From the NCBI RefSeq assembly GCF_009914755.1, contig NC_060933.1: 64,000 bases of DNA; one strand, given 5' to 3'. Position numbers and translations under genes: made by a program. The stretch is from the human T2T-CHM13v2.0 reference genome, Homo sapiens. The first letter of the stretch is position 1. Each line of letters begins with the position of its first letter. This document shows positions 52,803-64,000 of the stretch, piece by piece. The notes beneath the pieces are model-generated. The model saw only the letters and a program-made list of their open reading frames with translations. It did not search any database and was not told where the DNA came from.

Positions 52803-53407
52803 GTAGGTGGAGCAGTGTGAAAATATTTTATAAGGGAGTGACCATATGATAAGCACATTGATCTTTTAAGTGTTTCTGTGCTTGAATGTTTTGGATATGT
52901 ATCACACATTGAAAAGAACCAAGGCGTGGGCTCTTCCTTAGCATTCCTTGCTTCGTATTATTTTTTGGCATAGCTAATGTGCTACTTTTGTTCTTAAGTG
53001 TTTGTTGAGGTATTGTTCTATCCAGGAATTGTTCAGATTAATTTTGTGAAAAAACTCATTTAAGGTTTTGGAAAACTAACATTCTAAATCACAGATGTCA
53101 ACACATGGTCACTATGTAAATTAGACATTTAAACCTTTGACATAAATTATGTTTATAGTAGAAGAAAATATGCTATGGGGTTAGAATGGTTATGTTTTCA
53201 CCTCATTTTCGGGATACTCACTACTTTAAAAGAGAAACAAAAATAAGCTATCGTAGCTTGTTTCCAACACCTACATTTTAAGTAAATGTATACATGTCTT
53301 TAAAAAATTTCCTTGGAGGAATTCCTTATGCTGAATACCCAGAAAGGATGAAATCTTGTTTTAACTATGACATTAGATTTTAATTTTCTTTAATTAAAAA
53401 TAATTCC

Positions 53408-53719
<312 letters not shown>

Positions 53720-54143
53720 TTATATTTGCATTGTGTGTTTTCTTTCTTTGCTCTTTTGTCAGCTACCCTTTCTTATGCTTTCATTGTGCTTGTCTCACCC
53801 TACTTTAATATCCAGCTCTAGTTTACTTAGTTTATAAGAATTGTGTCCAAATATAAGTAAACATGTTTTGGAGGGAGGCACTCCTGTGATTAGAATCCAT
53901 GAATCTGATGGGATTTGGGGCTGTTTTGGACACACAAGGCCAGTTTGGGAAGCTGTGTGGTCTCTAGTGCTCAGTTACTGTGCTCCCTTGCAGTATATAT
54001 TCTATAGAGGCTAGCAGTCCAATCCAGTCCTGTTCAAGAGGGGATTATATTGTGGATTATTTTTAGAAATGCCTAGTTATCAGAAAGATTTTTATAAACA
54101 TTCCAAAACAGTTTTACACAACTAGAAATTGTAAGGAGTCACA

Positions 54144-54397
54144 ATTTATTTTTATTTTTTTGGAGGGACTGGTTCTTTATTTCAAAGAGACACTTTTCAA
54201 TATTCAGTATCAAAACGATTGCGCTATTGATTTCTATTTCTCCCAATCGGTCTCAAAGGAGAGTACATTTTAAGTCAATAAGTTGTAGGATGTATACCAA
54301 CAGACCTCCTAGAAACCTTACCAGAAAATGGGGACTGGGCAGGGAAAGATTAACTTTAAAAGATCAGCAAACTGCCAGCCCATGGGCTGCAGAGGCT
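54144..54397 (-). pseudogene. 5'-truncated processed retrocopy of an mRNA 3' end (3'UTR only; parent tentatively EIF4H)
   Basis: decayed poly-T 54144-54161, TTTATT (AATAAA on -) at 54176-54181, then non-repeat-like sequence; parent assigned from memory of ..GAAATAAAGAACCAGTCCCTCC. Confidence 0.6.
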
Positions 54398-54437
54398 ATG
54401 CTTTTCAAGTTTTCATCGTTAAGATATCTTTGGACAA

Positions 54438-55030
<593 letters not shown>

Positions 55031-55536
55031 TAATTTTTTATATGTTATTTTGTGAAAGCATTTCATGTTTTACTATATGAGTCAGTCAACAAAATTGTGA
55101 TTTCACAACTTGTGTTTGTTTGGATCTAATCTCAAATACAGTGCTTAGTAAGGGAACTCTTGTGCCTTTGGGGATTTGGGGATTAAAACGAATCTTTTAA
55201 ATATATTTTCAAATATTAAAATATAAAAGGATATTTCCTCTGATGTTAAAAGTGAGTATGGGGGTGGCACATTATATGGAAAGTTCCATGTTTGCTTAAA
55301 TGCTATGTAAAATAACTTGGCATATTAATTGACTTTGAATGTGAAAATCATATGCTCTTAGAATATGGATGCCTTAGCTCATTTGAAAAATGGAAGAATA
55401 CTTGTTTATCTTGTTTAAGAAACATTGAATATGGTATTTGGAAGATGATGCCAACTGATACTTTTCTAGCTTGTTAGTTTGTGAAGTTTTGAAATAAATG
55501 AAAAACAAAATCAATTGCAATATGTTGTCAATTTAA

Positions 55537-55869
<333 letters not shown>

Positions 55870-55965
55870 TAAAGTATTTTGTTTTAGGAATGTTGGAATA
55901 TTCATTTAAGTATTTCACCCCCCAATTTTTCACAGGGACTGTTACTAATGTTGGAGTTGCCTTAA

Positions 55966-56312
<347 letters not shown>

Positions 56313-56464
56313 AGACACTTCATTCTTCACCGTGAAATTCTATGCAATCCATTAACGGGAAAACAATATCAAGCCAGCAAACCTGAGCAGTTACGGTTCA
56401 GATTTGCTCATTTGGACATCACGGGAGTTCAGTACCTCTGGCTTGTGTGTTTGTGTGTTTGGAA

Positions 56465-56806
56465 TACAGGTGGAGTGTCCCTTATCTGAAATGCTTAGGA
56501 CCAGAAGTATGTTAGAGTATTTGCATATGCCTAATGAAGTATCTTAAAGATGGGACCCAAGTCAGCATGAAAGTCATTTATGTTTCATATATACCTTATA
56601 CACATAGTTTAAAGGTAATTTTGTAAAACATTTTAAATAATTTTGTGCAGGAAACAACATTTTGACCGCCTTTTGACTGTGACCCATCTTATGAGCACAG
56701 GTGTGGAATTTTCCACTTGCATCATGTTGATGTTGAAAAAGTTTCAGATTTTACATCAGATTTTACAGACTTTACATCATTTTGGACTACGGATGCTCAA
56801 CCTATA
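56465..56806. mobile_element. Tigger4b/MER46-type DNA transposon
   Basis: TA-CAGGTGGAGTGTCCCTTATCTGAAATGCTT ... GGATGCTCAACCTA-TA terminal inverted repeats. Confidence 0.8.
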
Positions 56807-57277
56807 TTATAACGTAGCAATATTCCAAATGGTCTTAGTTTGTGTTGCATTCTGTTAGTAGCAAATTAATGAATTTGCTATCATAATGTGGAGGTGATTA
56901 AGTAATGTTATAAAAATCATGGTTATTTAGGAAATTACTGCTTTGAGATTTCAATGAGATAGCTAACCTACTAAAGATCAGGTATACCAGGCATACGAAC
57001 ATTATTATGAAAGTAGAGTATTACCCCCAAATATAGTTTCTCAATTGAATACAGTTTTGTTTGTAGACTGTGACAGCACTGGTGATAGGATGAGCAGCTT
57101 AATGGCCTCATGAGTATTACTGTAGGATGGGCCTTTTCACATATGTTTGTGGGTGGTGATGGAAATTATGGGAGAAGGGTGTTGATTCATGTTACAATCA
57201 GCAGTCATTGTCATTTAATCTTGCTAAGAAAGATTTTATAATTGTGCAGATTTCACATTTGGTGTTTTTATGTAATT

Positions 57278-57350
57278 TTGAACCGTAGCTATTTCATGAA
57301 CAGATGAAAGCTTGAACCATAGTCATTTCATGAACAAATGAAAACTTGAA
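57278..57350. repeat. 34-bp tandem duplication
   Basis: TTGAACC(G/A)TAG(CT/TC)ATTTCATGAACA(G/A)ATGAAA(G/A)C x2. Confidence 0.85.
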
Positions 57351-57675
57351 TCTAATTGGTATTTGATATCCTGACATTGTCAGACTGACCTTTTGCAAAC
57401 TGGTGTTTATTTTTAATACTGTGCTGTGAAGTTGTTTCAGTTTTATGCAGTTCTTAGGTTGAATGCTGTTGGGACTGCACTAGAAATTCCCGTCATTCTT
57501 GAAGCAGCTGCAAAGATTCTGCCTGCTGTATGTCGCTTTATGTTAAGAGATGAAGATTTGTTCTCAGTTTCTGTTTGAAAGTTTTCTACTATAGGTGACA
57601 ATATGCAGCACTTTTGAAAGTTTCCCTATGTTACTTAAGATGATTGCTTTTATGTTATCCATGTTTATATTCCAG

Positions 57676-57758
57676 GAAATCACATTCTGCCTGATGAAGA
57701 TCTGGCTTCCTTTCATTGGAGTTTACTTGGTCCAGAACATCCACTAGCCTCACTAAAG
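57676..57758 (+). CDS. FAM120A: FAM120A coding exon 3 (83 nt, aa 241-268)
   Basis: acceptor TTTATATTCCAG|; (G)NHILPDEDLASFHWSLLGPEHPLASLK; donor AAG|GTACAA, phase 0; not in the ORF track. Confidence 0.95.
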
Positions 57759-59594
57759 GTACAAATTTCACTTTATTTTTCTAGCATTTGTAATAATCAA
57801 CTGTGAGTTTGCTATTACTTTAATAACATGTTAGGCCCTTTATTGGTGATGCTACAAAGTTAGCAATACCATGTTTTCCCATAATTTCAGGATCTGCACT
57901 GCCTTAAAAAGCAAGCAACAATGCTACCATCCCTTGTTCTCAACACCTATATGTTAGGTAAATGTATAAATGTCCTTGAAAATTTCCCTTAAGGAATTCT
58001 TTGTGCTGTGTACCTAGATAGAAGGAAATCTTTGAGCTGATGTTTTATATATTAATTTTCTTACTTAAAAATTTTAATTTTGTCTTTAGGTAGTATAGTT
58101 ACTTGTCACTTAGAGCAACATCTTTGCATAGTTGATAAATTTCATAACTAATTTTCTACAATTATAAAATAGTTTATAAAGCTTTTTGGATGATGAGGGA
58201 GACTCAAATGGAAGTGATCCATTTGTACTATTTTATTAAAACTTAATATTCTTTTTCTCCCTTTTGATTCCCTTCCTGTTTGTGATAGTAATAAACATCA
58301 GAGATGAGGCACTTAATTCTGATTTTCTGCAGTGGAAGTGTCTGTGTTTGATGTGAGCATAGGAGTAATGAGTGAGATATGCACGAGGCACTGGAAAACT
58401 TCAGCTTGGACTTGTTAGTGACTCCTGTGATTGTAATGATCATTTGTCAGTTCAAGTGCCTTTCTTGACTTGGGGAATTAGGAAGATGGGGACCTAGACT
58501 TTGTATCTGCTTCCCACCCTGGGACTGCTTCCTTACAGTAAAGAGTGGCGGTTAAATTGGGTGTTTTCCGAAGGGCTGTAAAATTTTGAATGTTGTCGTA
58601 ATTACCCTCCCTCCATAAACAATTTTAATTGGTGGCTAGTTTCAAATGGGAGTTTTTCTTCCTACATTTTAATTTACCTTTAACTCTGGTGATACCCAAA
58701 AGCTGAAGTAGAATTCCTTTCCTCCTTTCATTTTGTTCCCTGCTGTTTCATCTCTGGCATGCTTTTTCTTTTTCATCTCTGGCATGCTATAAAATGTTCT
58801 CCTTTTCACCCTAATGGGGTTTGGTATGGACTGTTTTCAACTTCTTGTTCAAAAATTAGTTTTTCTTCTCTTGTTAGAAATTACATTTCTGGCCATAGAA
58901 TCCCTCCTGTATGTTTTCATGAATGAAGTGATGTGATCTGTCATTCGGACTCTAAGCTTCTGGTGATGCCATGATTGAAATGTGGATTGGGGAAATGCAG
59001 CGTGTAATCAGCTGGACTTAAGAGCACTGCACCTGTGCTCAGTAGCTCTGTTAAGCATTATGCTTTTGTAAGTGAGACACAAATGAAAGCTTGTTTCCTA
59101 CAAGATTTATTTTGTTTTGAAGAGCAGGAGTGAGATACTCCCAAGGTTTCTGGCTATATGTGTATGTCTAAGTTAAACTAGCCCTGCTTCATATGTCACA
59201 GGGTTAGAAGTGAAGAGCTGTTTGAAGAATTATTGGAAAACCAGCTCAATCTATTGCCAAGTGAATAACATCATTATATGTGTGTTTTTCCTAAATTTTG
59301 TTGAGAAAATCTTTAAGTATTGAAATGTGGAAAGAATAGAGAAATGTGTATCCGTATATCCACCATCTTGGTTCAACAATTATAAACATTTTGCCATAAA
59401 GTATATGTCTGTGTTTTGTTTTGTTTAACAAAAACTATTTGGAAGTAAGTTGCAGATATGACACTTTACCCATGAAAATGTCAGCTTGCTCCACCACTTC
59501 AGCTTGCTCCATCACTTCCTAAAAATAAGGACATTTTGATACTTTATCATATTACTCCTATGACATCAACTAAATTAATAATTCTTTAATATCT

Positions 59595-59643
59595 TTTTTT
59601 TTGAGACAGGGTCTTGCTCTGTCACCTGTGCTGGAGTGCAGTG
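59595..59643 (-). mobile_element. Very short 3' Alu fragment inside decayed L1ME-like sequence
   Basis: TTTTTTTTGAGACAGGGTCTTGCTCTGTCACC..GCTGGAGTGCAGTG. Confidence 0.8.
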
Positions 59644-59903
59644 TCTAATATCATTTAATATTAAGCCCATATTCAAATTTTTTCAGAGTCATTTATAGGT
59701 TTTTTTTTTTTTGATCGAGATCCAGTCAAGCTTTATGCATGCATTTTGATATTAGCTGAGTACTTTTATGGCATATTGGAGAAGAAATCCTAAATTATTT
59801 TTCAGATGACTTGATACGTTGTAGGATTTTAAAGTCACACATGAAATGCAAGTGCACCTGGTTTTGAGATAAGTTCAGAAATTGCATTTGTTAGCCACTT
59901 TAA

Positions 59904-60195
<292 letters not shown>

Positions 60196-60434
60196 CACTT
60201 TAATGTTTTGACCCTTCATTCACATTTTTGTATGCAGCACCATTTCAGTGATTTTAATATACATAGGGGAAATTGGATGTGGTTTTACTCCCCATGAGCA
60301 TGACTGATGGATGTGCTACAGAATTGTATGTATCCCACCTGCTATTTTAGTCTCTTTGTTTTTCCCCAGTTGTAAAACCAATTGCATCTTTTGAAAATTT
60401 GGATAGTTGTTACATATCTTCCATAATATTCTGA

Positions 60435-60779
<345 letters not shown>

Positions 60780-63538
60780 AGGGTATTGCATTTTAAGAGG
60801 TGCTTTGAATTGATTAGATATTAACTTCATAGAACACCAGCCCTCTGTGAACAATAATAAATTTGGCTTTGGCAAAATAGTACAAATATAATATGATAAA
60901 AGGGATGGACCAAGGAGGCTTAAGCTTGAGGATGCAAAGTCACGTGTCCTTAACAGCTATTTTTCCAGTATACTCTGTTAGAAAGGGAACCAATAAAAAT
61001 CATGAGAAAATTTCATCTTTTTACCATCTGATGAAAATCACAAAATACCATGGATAGGAAGTCATCAGTAGTCGATAATTTATGTGATTCCAAATCTTCA
61101 GTATGTTGGCAGCACTATGAATTTTTGTTTTCTTTATAAGTAGCATCCTTAGACTCATCTTTTAAACATGTGTCTTTACCAATTTCACTACATGCATTCA
61201 TTCATTCACTGTAAATTTTTAACTCTCTGACTGTCATCGAACCAGCTACATCAGTTAGAAATTGTGAAGTCCTCCCTGACTGTCCACAGCCCTGGTTGTG
61301 TTGAAAGAATAGCACGTCTGCTTTGGGGCTCTGCGGGCTCAGAAGCACAAGGGAGAACAACTGTTAAATCATTGGGTAATATCTGCAGAGAGGAAAGCTA
61401 GGATGGGAGCCAAATTCTGTTTTGTCCTGCCTTATTAGTTAGTAGTAGATCGTGCTTATTACTAGATTATGAATGCAATGTTAGACATACTCAGAACCTA
61501 AAATTGGTAGAAGACAGTAGGAAATAGGATGTAAGGTGACTTCTTCATACCTCAATGGTAACCTTAAGAGCTGCTAGTAAGGTGGGCATCGAATTTCTTA
61601 GGTTTAGATGCAAAGACTACTTCATTTATGTTCAGAACACTTGGGCCATTTCATGTAACATGTAAAATTGTAGGATGGGGTTAGGGGTCAGATAGCTTCT
61701 AAGATGTGGTCAATTCTATAATGAGAGAAAGAAAACAAGAGTTATGTGTTACTCCCTATTCCTCGGGAGACCTGCTGTTGGGATTCCTCGCTGCAGTCCC
61801 GGAGATGCCTGGAGGTTGGGCTGGAGTGCGACCTCTGTCTCTACCCAGGCCCAGGTCCTGCAGAACAGGGAGCCTGGCAGCAGATGATACAGAGCAGGCT
61901 GGGCCAGGATGGGTAAAACCCCAGGGCTGCACAGACACCCAAGCCTGAGGCTGCGTTTATCTTACTTTGCTCTAAGTAAGTTACTCTGTTTGATTGGAAA
62001 CATAAGAGAATCTTTTATGTACCTGGAAGAGTTGAGATACACTCCTGGAATGCCTCCCAAACAATGGGGAAGGCATTCCAGGAGTGCATCTCATTTCCTC
62101 GCTCATTTAAACTTTTTCCAATGGCAATATTTCTTAAAAGGGTCATATCTTTAATAAGGAAAATACATTGAATATCCTTTCAATGTGTTTTTGGACTCAG
62201 TGTTATAATTAGGAAGATTTGTGATTGTATTTACAGTAATGAAAAGTGGGCTGGATGCATATTGGTCTTTCGAAGAGGCTCCCACTGTTTGTGTTGCTCT
62301 GGGCCGCTGTGCTCCTTTCATGGTTTTAGTGTGGCTGGCAGTGTTGCATGAGAGAAATGGAAGGCGTCAGGCAGCCTGGTACCCAGAGAGCTGAGCCTGC
62401 AGAGCATGGGCTCCAGTCCCAAGCCCAGCCTCTGTGTCCCTTCAGGTGGTGCCCCCATGCCTGCCTCCTCCTGTGCCCTGGGAGTGGCTGGCCATTCGGT
62501 CTGCCTGGACATAAGGTTTAGTGAGCCTGTGGGTGCCCTGCATAGCTGGTGTGGCCTGTACTCATCAGAGGCGGCCTGCGGCTGTGGCAGTCCACCCTGG
62601 GCAGGGCCCCCTGGCTGTAGACATGTGCTAAGTGAGCAGTTTTTCAAAATGTGACTTTTGGGGTTTTAAAAATTGTATGATTTTGTGTCCTAACTGGTTA
62701 CGGGAATTTTTTATTTTGGGTGGGCATTTTGTTGTTTTAATTTTTAAAAATGTTTTATAGATGTTTGCTGGCTTTATTTTTTTAAAAAAACATGTTTCTT
62801 GTTGCCTCTGGTTTTCTTGAATCTTGGGTTTTTAAACACTTTACAGAAGGCTTTTTGTCACTTGGGTGTTCTACATCCTGTTGACCTCGTATTTGGGTAT
62901 AATAACATTTAAGTTGGACCTGTTTAGTTTCAGGTCATTGTATTCATTTTAGTGGTTTTTGTGTTCCTTAACTTCATATTCAATTTCATATATTTTGAGT
63001 TTCCATCCATGCCAGTTGTTTGTGATGGCCAAGTATTCCCAACCACTGAGCCCTTCGAGCTCCTTTTGCCTCCTTGTCTGGGACACCCCAGCTTGCAGAT
63101 TTTATATGGACTGATCCTTTCCTGAGACTTCACTACCAGCAGTTCTACTTTCTAGTTAGGTTTAGTCGGTTTTACTCTGTTTACACTGCAGTTCCCAGTC
63201 TTTTTGAAAGACCCCTTTTCTGCATGGTGAGCCTCCCCTAGAAGTACTTGTCCTCCCCCAGCCCTTTCTGACCCCATCAGCTGGTTATCCTAGGGCCAGG
63301 CTGGGTCCTGGGCCAGGCTGCACCCTCATTCATGGAACGCCATCTTCTCTGTATGATCCTCTCTTGGAGCTTCCCCTAAAGTACTCTTCTTGCTTTCTTC
63401 TACATCATCTTAGGAGCTCCCTCTAATTCCTAGCCCTGGCATTTCTTCCTTTTGATTTAAATGTCTTTGTGTATTTATCACCTTACCACTCTGATTCACT
63501 TATTTTGGTAATCTTTTACCAGCATTATCTTTCCCTGA

Positions 63539-63938
<400 letters not shown>

Positions 63939-64000
63939 TAACTATATTTTTTATATCTTATTGTCTTCAACCAGAAGTCATTGAGTGGTACTTTTAAAAC

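Noticed and set aside
52589-52849. 86-aa ORF as an independent gene
   Set aside because: It is FAM120A exon 2 with a GTG pseudo-start and intronic read-through.
57278-59520. Small tandem duplications (57278-57350, 58746-58790, 59480-59520) as a functional array
   Set aside because: Unrelated units with two copies each; ordinary slippage products.
61706-62654. GC-richer intronic patches with ORFs as FAM120A exon 4 or a nested gene
   Set aside because: The translations do not continue FAM120A and lack convincing splice-site pairs; exon 4 lies beyond the window.

Overview
This is human (primate) genomic DNA. I recognise the locus from the translated sequence as FAM120A / FAM120AOS (chr9q22.31). 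About 1-27.8 kb is repeat-dominated intergenic DNA: old L1M fragments, about 20 Alus, solo ERV LTRs including an LTR10, and L2/MIR/DNA transposons. A CpG island at about 32.4-35.2 kb carries FAM120A exon 1 on + (ATG 33328). Coding exons 2 (52556-52802) and 3 (57676-57758) follow, encoding residues 1-268, a FEN1/XPG-like PIN fold; the gene runs off the window. On the - strand FAM120AOS starts inside FAM120A intron 1, overlaps exon 1, and splices (34121-33559, 32011-31891, 29104-29018) into a 256-codon ORF whose coding status looks doubtful. No prokaryote-type system or new protein family is present. The best observations, all hypotheses read by eye, are: (i) exons 2+3 are 330 nt and phase 0/0, so a back-spliced circle would be a stop-free endless ORF; (ii) a perfect antisense 5' splice site 30 nt before the FAM120AOS ATG would remove both its ORF start and its overlap with FAM120A; (iii) two overlapping uORFs in the FAM120A leader; (iv) a ~105-bp mosaic insertion templated from nearby DNA; (v) two opposite Alus sharing one triplicated target site; (vi) a 3'UTR-only retrocopy and an AluYa5 in FAM120A introns. 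Repeat boundaries and subfamily calls are approximate.
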